DNA from: a virus
Lineage: Duplodnaviria; Heunggongvirae; Uroviricota; Caudoviricetes
Direction: 5' to 3' (one strand)
IMG/VR virus record: IMGVR_UViG_2609459832_000003
Coordinates: 1-19,442 of that record
DNA length: 19,442 bases
Every line of letters starts with the position of its first letter. The stretch's first letter is position 1. The notes below the pieces were generated by a model. The model did not search any database. It was not told the DNA's origin and was given only the letters and a program-made list of their open reading frames with translations. This document shows, one piece after another, positions 1 through 6,695 of the stretch. Made by a program: the position numbers and the translations under genes.

Positions 1-582
1 CACTGTTCCACAGTACATATCACCCAGCATTAACGTGCCGGATGCACCCGATGAAAAAATATTGTTACCACCACCAATACTCACCTGAATTTTGTCAGTC
101 CGGTCATCTGATACATAAAACGATGTATTTCCAACTAATGAGCGGTTGCAGTACAGACTGGCTGAGACATAGCCGTTTTCGTTTCGCGTTGCGAAAATTT
201 CATAGTAATAACTGGCTGCTTCATCAGGATACGGGGTTGTAAATGAATAGCCATTAATCCTGATGTGGGATGGCGAAGATGAATATTTCTTTCCCGCACT
301 TAATGTCAGACGAAATCCCAGCTGTACAGCTGAGGCTTTTAAGTCCGGAAGTGTGCTGTACAGTGTGACATATGAGGGTGTCGTAAAAATCAGCCCCGTT
401 CTTTCTACAGTATTTACGGCCTGAGTGCCACGACAGACGGATGTTACAGAACCGGACATATCATTGATAAGCGTGACACCGTTTTCGTTCAGTGCTGAAA
501 TAATATTTGTTGAATAATAGTTCTCGCACAATCCCTCATTCGCCGGAATTTGTCGAAAACTTTCGAGTTTAATAATATTCAA
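1..582 (-). CDS. Partial CDS (N-terminal ~194 aa; gene continues past the window start): putative tail fiber / receptor-binding protein
   Basis: Minus-strand frame has no stop from 600 down to 1 (checked triplet by triplet). TTG start at 580-582 sits 6 nt after an AAGGAGAG Shine-Dalgarno and 24 nt after the stop of the upstream baseplate gene. Position right after the gp48-like gene is where Mu/P2-type clusters put the fiber. Missing from the ORF track because it has no ATG start and no stop in the window. G+C looks lower (~40-45% in sampled lines) than the rest of the tail operon. Confidence 0.45.
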   Translation of the reverse strand, partial: MNIIKLESFRQIPANEGLCENYYSTNIISALNENGVTLINDMSGSVTSVCRGTQAVNTVERTGLIFTTPSYVTLYSTLPDLKASAVQLGFRLTLSAGKKYSSSPSHIRINGYSFTTPYPDEAASYYYEIFATRNENGYVSASLYCNRSLVGNTSFYVSDDRTDKIQVSIGGGNNIFSSGASGTLMLGDMYCGTV

Positions 583-605
583 AGCGGCTCTCCTTTTATT
601 TTATG

Positions 606-1565
606 TCATTCGGACGTGACCACAGCAAAATGCAGTCCCGGGTGATTAATCAATAACGGTTCACGGGTTCTGCTGGCTGTCTGCAACTGCATACTGTTAA
701 CCGGTACGGGGGAGCGGGTCCTGTATCCCGTCTGCAACTGTGCGCTGTTCATGGTCATGGGGTCCGTTGTCGGCAGACCTGAGTGCAATTGCGCCCTGCT
801 GAGTACCAGTGGTTCTGCCATCGGACGGGCGGCATAAAAGTTAATCCGGTTAATTGTCAGCGGCTTACCTGTCAGTGCCGGAACAACCGCAAAATGAACA
901 CCTGTATGATTAATCGCTAATGGCTCAGTCGTCTTGTGTCCGGCCTGAAAGGAGAGGCTGTTTATAGTCAGGGCGGCTTGTTGCCCTTCACCAGACTCAT
1001 CCGGATATGCAAAAAGGACAACAGTATGCGACGGACATAATTTATTAATCACGCACTCCGCAACCGTATCACCCCACGTCCGGATCGGTGTGTTACAGGT
1101 GTCCGAACATGTCTGCCACTGAGCACCGGCATCCACCGGCAACGTCACACGCCAGAAATAACGCCAGCGATCACCCCATTCCGGATCGGGGCTTGCATCC
1201 AGGTGCTGGAACTGTTCGATCGTCACGCCGGTATATCCCAGCGCCTCAAGCTGCTCCAGGAAGAACTGCTCATTTATGCCACCAGCCACATTGGCTTTTG
1301 CTTCCAGCCGTTGCTGACGCTGGCGTAATGTCTGGGCTCCAACAGGAGAGCAGGTGTCAGGTAAACCATACAATTCTTCATAACGTTCAATCAGCTCTGT
1401 TGACTGACCAGGATCGATTTCAGCCATCAGTTCATCAGCCCGCTGATGAACACGTACAAGCGATGGTGCCAGACCATCAAGCACGCCGTCGGTATCGCTC
1501 CATGCAGGCCCCGGCGGCATCAGTCCGTACAGCAGCTTTGTATAATCATCCTGTAACGAATCCAT
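606..1565 (-). CDS. Baseplate protein, Mu gp48 / P2 gpI-like (DUF2313-type N-terminal domain) with a repeat-containing C-terminal extension
   Basis: N-terminus (MDSLQDDYTKLLYGLMPPGPAWS...ELYGLPDTCSP) matches the DUF2313/YmfQ-type proteins that follow baseplate J in Mu-like tails. Start overlaps the stop of the J-like gene (TAATG at 1563-1567). At 319 aa it is longer than typical ~190-aa homologues. Confidence 0.7.
   Translation of the reverse strand: MDSLQDDYTKLLYGLMPPGPAWSDTDGVLDGLAPSLVRVHQRADELMAEIDPGQSTELIERYEELYGLPDTCSPVGAQTLRQRQQRLEAKANVAGGINEQFFLEQLEALGYTGVTIEQFQHLDASPDPEWGDRWRYFWRVTLPVDAGAQWQTCSDTCNTPIRTWGDTVAECVINKLCPSHTVVLFAYPDESGEGQQAALTINSLSFQAGHKTTEPLAINHTGVHFAVVPALTGKPLTINRINFYAARPMAEPLVLSRAQLHSGLPTTDPMTMNSAQLQTGYRTRSPVPVNSMQLQTASRTREPLLINHPGLHFAVVTSE
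621..928. repeat. Imperfect direct repeats inside the 3' end of the gp48-like gene
   Basis: A ~45-bp imperfect direct repeat at ~621-664 and ~884-928 (shared core tgattaatc) encodes EPLLINHPGLHFAVV / EPLAINHTGVHFAVV. Three ~25-bp units at 681-704, 732-754 and 778-804 (ctgcaactg...) encode the xxAQLQTG-like motifs. Confidence 0.6.
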
Positions 1566-2647
1566 TATTTACTCCTTGCCGGGTCATAAGCCTGCCAGGT
1601 GATCTCGCCGAGCACCGGAAGCTCGGTCTCCCCCAGGTCAATATCCGATGAAGGGACGATTAACCGGTGGGCCACTTCACCAGCAGACAAACTGATGGCC
1701 TCACTGATTCTGGACAGATACATACGCCCCTCTGGCACACCATCCCGTAACATCAGTGCATTCAGCTCTGCTTTTATTGCAGTCCTGATCTGCGGTGTGT
1801 CTTTCGATAATGCAATCGTCATCGGGATGACTTTTTCTGTGGCACCGAATACATACAATCCGCTTCCGGCAACCGGTGTCAGAGGAAGAATGTGCTCTCT
1901 GACTGCATTAATGACGCTTTCATCCGGAGCCGGATGTTCCGGATCGTTTGTCGCCACCATCACCCCTACCGTTCCTATTCCTCTCCAGTGACGGTATGTC
2001 CATGCGCGCGTAATACCAGGCACTTCTTTAGCCCAGACGACATAATCCCCGTCAGCCCCGCCCTGAGGCGTCCAGTAATACCGCTCAATGACGCGGGCGC
2101 GCCACGTTTCCAGATCTTCAGTATCGAATCCGCCGGTCAGGGTATCAGCCACACCGGACGACGGCAGACCATTCACCGGCGTGACCAGGATTAATGCCGT
2201 ACCGTCGTCAGCATTACCGACCGCACCTGCAGTTGAGCAGGCGATCGGCACGCGCAGGACACCACCGGAGCTGGTTGCATCGGCAGTTGCTGTGTACTGA
2301 ACCAGGTCATCGCGCTGAATAACACTCCCGGCGGTCACCTTCAGGTCATCGCTGACATCTTCCCAGCGCATATACCCGCTGGCAGCCGTGGCCCCCTTGC
2401 GCGGACACCGTTTCATCGCAGCATGTCGCGCCAGCCAGGATTCATCACACCGGTCAGGCAGTATGTTCATTGCCAGATAATCGATGTAACCGTAAACCGT
2501 ATGCAGCGCCGCCGCATACACTTTTGCCCGCACGTCTTCATCCATGCGCCGGAGTGGGTCACTGACGTCCAGCCTGGCGAATAAATCGTTACGGAGCATA
2601 CTGATATTTTCTGCCAGCGTCGGGCGCTGAAACTCACTGTCCGCCAT
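1565..2647 (-). CDS. Baseplate J-like protein (Mu gp47 / P2 gpJ family)
   Basis: 360-aa ORF in the expected position between gp46-like and gp48-like genes, overlapping both neighbours. Size and synteny fit the baseplate J family. Confidence 0.8.
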   Translation of the reverse strand: MADSEFQRPTLAENISMLRNDLFARLDVSDPLRRMDEDVRAKVYAAALHTVYGYIDYLAMNILPDRCDESWLARHAAMKRCPRKGATAASGYMRWEDVSDDLKVTAGSVIQRDDLVQYTATADATSSGGVLRVPIACSTAGAVGNADDGTALILVTPVNGLPSSGVADTLTGGFDTEDLETWRARVIERYYWTPQGGADGDYVVWAKEVPGITRAWTYRHWRGIGTVGVMVATNDPEHPAPDESVINAVREHILPLTPVAGSGLYVFGATEKVIPMTIALSKDTPQIRTAIKAELNALMLRDGVPEGRMYLSRISEAISLSAGEVAHRLIVPSSDIDLGETELPVLGEITWQAYDPARSK

Positions 2648-3062
2648 GCGTTATCGCACTCCACAGATTATCAAAAGAAATCATTACCGGTCCGTCACGC
2701 CGCCAGAGAGTGATACTGTTACCCAGTTCATTAATCCCGGTGCGGCGGATATCCAGATCAATACGGGACACCACACCGTCATCAATCATCCATTGCAGGC
2801 ATTCGCGGATATACCCCCTTACCGTCTGCACCAGCTGATTTGTCAGTTTGCTGCGCTGAAGCAGCCACAGCCGGGAGCCGTAACGGTCATTCTGTACCGC
2901 AGGCCAGGTATCCCCCCACCATCCCATCGGGACGTCGGCGTTGTCATCAGGCTCCGCCCGCCGCCAGGTGAACAGGGAGATCACCACGGAGCGGGTCAGC
3001 GGATCCAGCGGTGCGCTGGCACTGGTGCGTTTGCCGTTCACCGTCAGCCACAGTTCCATCAT
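2634..3062 (-). CDS. Mu gp46-like baseplate protein (GP46 family, gp25/gpW-like wedge)
   Basis: 142-aa ORF between the spike (gp45-like) and baseplate J genes. ATGA overlap with the upstream gene at 3059-3062. Confidence 0.7.
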   Translation of the reverse strand: MMELWLTVNGKRTSASAPLDPLTRSVVISLFTWRRAEPDDNADVPMGWWGDTWPAVQNDRYGSRLWLLQRSKLTNQLVQTVRGYIRECLQWMIDDGVVSRIDLDIRRTGINELGNSITLWRRDGPVMISFDNLWSAITHGGQ

Positions 3063-3607
3063 GCCTCCATCGCTTTATCAGGTTTGTCGGTGTTACTGCC
3101 CTGACCGTTATCTCTGTGACGATGCCCGTTATAGGCAAGCCGCATCGCTGACATGGTGGTGCCGCCGGAGTCGCACAGGTCTTTCACCTGTCCTGTCACT
3201 TCCAGGTCCATTTCAAAACGTGCTTCAGGTGCATTGCGAAACGTGATCGTTTTACCTGCACCGTCCACCACGATCCCCTCCCGGGTCAGCGTCAAGGACT
3301 GCCCCTGATCGTCATAGACAGCCACCTCACCCGTCTTCAGCCCTTTCAGGCGGTAGCGCCGATCCGACACCGTAACAACCACCGCATGAGAACGGTCGCC
3401 ATCCGGAAACAACACCACCGCTTCCGCACCGCTGTTTGCGCTTGCGGTAAAACCGTAGGGTTCAAGATGTTCAACCCCGGCTTTGGGTTCACCGGCAATC
3501 AGGGACACATCCACGGTCTGACATTTCGTGGCGGCACTGATGCTTTTCACCACGGCCCGACCAATCAGGCCGAGGAGTTGTCGCTGCATGACTTCAATCG
3601 TCCTCAT
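3059..3607 (-). CDS. Baseplate assembly protein V-like / central spike (Mu gp45 homologue)
   Basis: 182-aa ORF, synteny gp44-gp45-gp46. Size fits the phage baseplate assembly protein V family. Confidence 0.7.
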   Translation of the reverse strand: MRTIEVMQRQLLGLIGRAVVKSISAATKCQTVDVSLIAGEPKAGVEHLEPYGFTASANSGAEAVVLFPDGDRSHAVVVTVSDRRYRLKGLKTGEVAVYDDQGQSLTLTREGIVVDGAGKTITFRNAPEARFEMDLEVTGQVKDLCDSGGTTMSAMRLAYNGHRHRDNGQGSNTDKPDKAMEA

Positions 3608-4686
3608 CAGAACGGGTCCTCCTGTACTCTGGCTTTTTTCTTTTTCCGCGCGCCGGGAGCCTCGGGTTCAGGCAGATAAGCATCAGGCGGGCCGACACGG
3701 ATTTCCGTCAGGGTGCCGTTCTGGTCCTGAGTAAACGTGACTTCCGAGACAAGCAGTTCGGTATTGTCGAAACCACAGACCGGATCAAAGACAATCACCC
3801 GCTGGTTGGGCTGCCACAGCGTACCGTTACCCTGTCGCCAGCCCTGCACCACATAGGTGGTTTCATCCGTCCGCGCCGCCCGTTGTCGGGCTTCAAAGTC
3901 AGCACGGGCAATACAACCTGCCCCCGTAGCCTGCCCTGTCTGCCTGATATACATCGGACGGTAACGGGCAATAAATGCGTCCTCTGTGCGGGCCCTCAGC
4001 GCGGTGGTGGTGGCCTCACCGAAATCATCGTCGTTTCCGGCACGCTGCCCCGCCACCTGGTAAACAGAAAACCGCTCCCGGACACTCTTCTCCGTATCGC
4101 AGGAAAGGATGTTTTCCCCGAGCACCAGCGCAGTATGCGCCCGCGTTGAGCCAATACCGCCAATCACCAGCCTGCCGTGCGGGTCGTCGTAAGCCAGTGC
4201 CTGCTGCTGACCGAGTATTTTGTTGATTACCTCAATCACCGTTTCACCATGATCGGGCTGGACGTCAGGAATAACACCCGACGGCGCACCGCTGTTCACC
4301 ACCTCAATGCCGAAGGGCGCAGCAAGCGCCTGCGCAATCTGTACCAGCGATCGTCCGTTAAACTGTGTCGGTTCGGCTGCACAGTCAATCAGGTCAGCAG
4401 TCAGACTACGTCCGGCAATACCGGTGCTGACCGAACGGGCATCGTAACGAACGGGGGTCGCCTCCACCCAGCCGGTGATCACCAGTTCATCACCAATCAG
4501 CACCTCCACTTTTGAACCGTTTTTAATGCGCGGCTGAAGCGTGGTGATACCCTCACCCCCCGGCCACTGGCGGGTGATCTCCACACTGAAATCCCGTGCC
4601 AGCCGTTCAATACCGGCACCGATGCGCACCGATGTCCAGCCATTCCACTCCCGGCCATTTACCCGTAGCGTGACATTGTCGTTCAT
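3607..4686 (-). CDS. Tail/baseplate hub protein (Mu gp44 'P' / P2 gpD-like)
   Basis: 359-aa ORF immediately after the DNA-circulation gene (ATGA overlap at 4683-4686), as in Mu gp43-gp44. Confidence 0.7.
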   Translation of the reverse strand: MNDNVTLRVNGREWNGWTSVRIGAGIERLARDFSVEITRQWPGGEGITTLQPRIKNGSKVEVLIGDELVITGWVEATPVRYDARSVSTGIAGRSLTADLIDCAAEPTQFNGRSLVQIAQALAAPFGIEVVNSGAPSGVIPDVQPDHGETVIEVINKILGQQQALAYDDPHGRLVIGGIGSTRAHTALVLGENILSCDTEKSVRERFSVYQVAGQRAGNDDDFGEATTTALRARTEDAFIARYRPMYIRQTGQATGAGCIARADFEARQRAARTDETTYVVQGWRQGNGTLWQPNQRVIVFDPVCGFDNTELLVSEVTFTQDQNGTLTEIRVGPPDAYLPEPEAPGARKKKKARVQEDPF

Positions 4687-6011
4687 TGCACTGGCACCTT
4701 CAGAGGGATCACCGGCACAAAGCCGGGATGCGTAATGGCATTACGCCGGATAATGTCCTCGTCACGCGCCGCGTTATCAAACCAGGTCGCCGCCAGCACC
4801 AGCGCGGGTAAAACCTCATCCGGTGTGCGCTGAATGATCCGTGCAGACTGTTCAAGGCGCGTGTTGATATCCGCATTCAGATCTGCTTTCACCCGGCGCA
4901 GCGCCAGAAACAGCGCATCACTGGTTGTACGGGACAACTCCTTATCAATTGCCGTATTCAGTGTGTCGCGAATGTCGGTCAGTTCTTCCCACGTCGGCAG
5001 GTCAACCGTGTTTTTCACCGCCGGTGCATTGTTCAGTGCCGGATGCGTGACGGAAGGCCAGCCAGTGCTCTGCGCAGGTGTTGTTGCCTGCCCCACTGTG
5101 GCATTCTGCATCACTGCGGAAGTTGTTGGCGCAGGCAATCGGGTGACGGCATACGCCGCTTCGCTGATTGCGGTCGTACGAAGGGTGCTGGCAACCACGT
5201 TACGCTGCTGCGTCGCCGTGGCGGTAGTTTTACTGTCCGTTTTCCAGATGCCGCGCGGTTGCAGATCGCTGCCGAGGCTGACACCGGAAAGCGTTTTGAT
5301 CATGGTGACAAGGTCGCTGGCGTTACCATAAAGGCGTTTCCCGGTACGCCACATTTTCTGCACCTGCTCAACGAAATTTTTGCCTGACGATGGTGGCGGC
5401 AGAAGTACCGAGATATCCCCCTGCAACAGCCTGGCAGCATCCGATACGGCAGAATCCACCACTTTCATCGCATCAGAAACATACCCAAGCATTGTGCTGG
5501 CATTACCTACGACGTCGTTCTGCACAAAATCTGCCACGCCATCGATACTGAAACCACTGAAGCTGTCACTGATGCAGTCATCCAGTGCAGAACAGGATGA
5601 CATCAGCGTCTGCGCCGTCGCCGCACCTGAAGTGGGGTAAGAGAGTTCTCCCGCTTCGACAAACTTCAGGTCAAAGCGGACAATACGCCCTTCGCTCTTC
5701 GATGTGCTGACCCGAACCTCCCCGTCAACACAGACTTTCAGCTCACCGTATGTCGGATGGACAAGCGTGCCGGGACCGGGTTTATTCAGCGCGTCAATCA
5801 GGCGATCGCGCTGGTCAAAGCAGTCATCTCCCACCACATAAGCCGTGATGGACGGGCGGAAAGTGATTTTCCCCAGGTCTTCGGTATAGGGTTTGTCACG
5901 GTTCGGGTATTCGTGCGTTTCCACACGACGACCGGTTCCCGCACTTTCTTCTTCAACCTTAAACGGCACGCCGCGAAATGACGCGTCCTGAAGTCTGTCT
6001 TTCCACGTCAT
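4683..6011 (-). CDS. DNA circulation protein (Mu gp43 'N' family)
   Basis: N-terminus MTWKDRLQDASFRGVPFKV...GRRVETHEYPNRDKPYTEDLG matches the conserved DNA-circulation N-terminal domain. 442 aa. GGAG Shine-Dalgarno 6 nt upstream of the ATG at 6011. Confidence 0.8.
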   Translation of the reverse strand: MTWKDRLQDASFRGVPFKVEEESAGTGRRVETHEYPNRDKPYTEDLGKITFRPSITAYVVGDDCFDQRDRLIDALNKPGPGTLVHPTYGELKVCVDGEVRVSTSKSEGRIVRFDLKFVEAGELSYPTSGAATAQTLMSSCSALDDCISDSFSGFSIDGVADFVQNDVVGNASTMLGYVSDAMKVVDSAVSDAARLLQGDISVLLPPPSSGKNFVEQVQKMWRTGKRLYGNASDLVTMIKTLSGVSLGSDLQPRGIWKTDSKTTATATQQRNVVASTLRTTAISEAAYAVTRLPAPTTSAVMQNATVGQATTPAQSTGWPSVTHPALNNAPAVKNTVDLPTWEELTDIRDTLNTAIDKELSRTTSDALFLALRRVKADLNADINTRLEQSARIIQRTPDEVLPALVLAATWFDNAARDEDIIRRNAITHPGFVPVIPLKVPVQ

Positions 6012-6026
6012 ATAAACTCCGGATAC

Positions 6027-6082
6027 AAAAAACCCGCCAAATCTGCTTTGTCAGTTATTTACAGCGCAGAAGATGTGGCGGG
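6027..6082 (-). terminator. Rho-independent terminator at the 3' end of the AT-rich moron
   Basis: On the minus strand, CCCGCCA (rc of 6076-6082) pairs with UGGCGGG (rc of 6033-6039), with further AUCU/AGAU pairing inside, followed directly by U6 (rc of the A-run 6027-6032). It lies 20 nt after the moron stop codon and just before the gp43 ribosome-binding site. Confidence 0.6.
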
Positions 6083-6101
6083 AATCTAATATTTTTAATT
6101 A

Positions 6102-6596
6102 CTATCTGAGTTGAACATCAATGGAATAAACATCACCACTCTTTATAAATTTAGAATCTGTCCTTTCATCAAAAGATTCAAATGACTGTACATTTAAAAA
6201 CTTTTTCATTTTATTTTCAAAAATACTTTCATTAACACCAGTTAAATATTTGAATGCTCTACCAGCAAGGACCTCATTACTTAAATCCATTGTGTTTTTA
6301 TTGTCTTTGAAAAACCAAACAATAACCTTTTGTGGGCATGATGGATTATAAACAGATATATAAAACTGCGGCTCATATTTTTCATCAGCATCATCACTGA
6401 GCATTTCTTCAGAAGATAATTCTCTTCTGAATTCATATTGCCGCTTAGTGATTCCTTCATCCTTTATTATCTCTTGCTTAACTGGTGCAATACCTATAGA
6501 AGAGATTAATTCTGACTCATTAAAGTTGAACTTACACTCTTCCGCAGCCAAGTTAAAAGATAAAAGTGCAGATATAAAAAAAACAAAGATACGCAT
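6102..6596 (-). CDS. Hypothetical secreted (signal-peptide) protein of unknown function, encoded by an AT-rich moron
   Basis: Complete ORF, stop at 6102. Longest ORF starts at 6614 (MIEGMIM...), but the ATG at 6596 has a GAAGGG Shine-Dalgarno 6 nt upstream and gives a textbook signal peptide: MR + IFVFFISALLSF + NLA/AEE. Very AT-rich codon usage unlike all neighbours. Two Cys in the mature part. No family recognised from memory. Confidence 0.7.
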   Translation of the reverse strand: MRIFVFFISALLSFNLAAEECKFNFNESELISSIGIAPVKQEIIKDEGITKRQYEFRRELSSEEMLSDDADEKYEPQFYISVYNPSCPQKVIVWFFKDNKNTMDLSNEVLAGRAFKYLTGVNESIFENKMKKFLNVQSFESFDERTDSKFIKSGDVYSIDVQLR

Positions 6597-6626
6597 AATC
6601 ATCCCTTCAATCATTTGTAAGGAATG

Positions 6627-6658
6627 ATTATATTAACTACTTAAAGCTGAAAAGCCAA
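6627..6658 (-). promoter_or_regulatory. Candidate sigma70-type promoter for the moron gene
   Basis: On the minus strand: TTGGCT (rc of 6653-6658), 17-nt spacer, TAATAT (rc of 6630-6635), overlapping a perfect TATAAT (rc of 6627-6632). Sits in the 81-bp AT-rich gap between the tape-measure stop and the moron ORF. Predicted start site would give a ~25-nt leader to the 6596 ATG. Confidence 0.35.
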
Positions 6659-6695
6659 ATCATGCCAGACAAAAACACATTAATCATTTTGTACA

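Noticed and set aside
42-242. 66-aa plus-strand ORF near the window start
   Set aside because: The opposite strand carries a stop-free, Shine-Dalgarno-initiated frame (1-582) in the position expected for the tail fiber, so the minus-strand gene is preferred.
1088-1651. 187-aa plus-strand ORF
   Set aside because: Entirely antisense to the gp48-like and baseplate J genes. Pro/Arg/His-rich low-complexity translation typical of shadow ORFs in GC-rich coding DNA. No ribosome-binding site context.
4834-5387. Plus-strand ORFs of 165 and 114 aa
   Set aside because: Antisense to the DNA-circulation gene. Cys/Arg/Ala-rich translations without coding features.
6012-6695. Possibility that the AT-rich insert is an IS element or transposon
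   Set aside because: No transposase-like ORF and no terminal inverted or flanking direct repeats that I could find by eye. Better described as a moron cassette of unknown origin.
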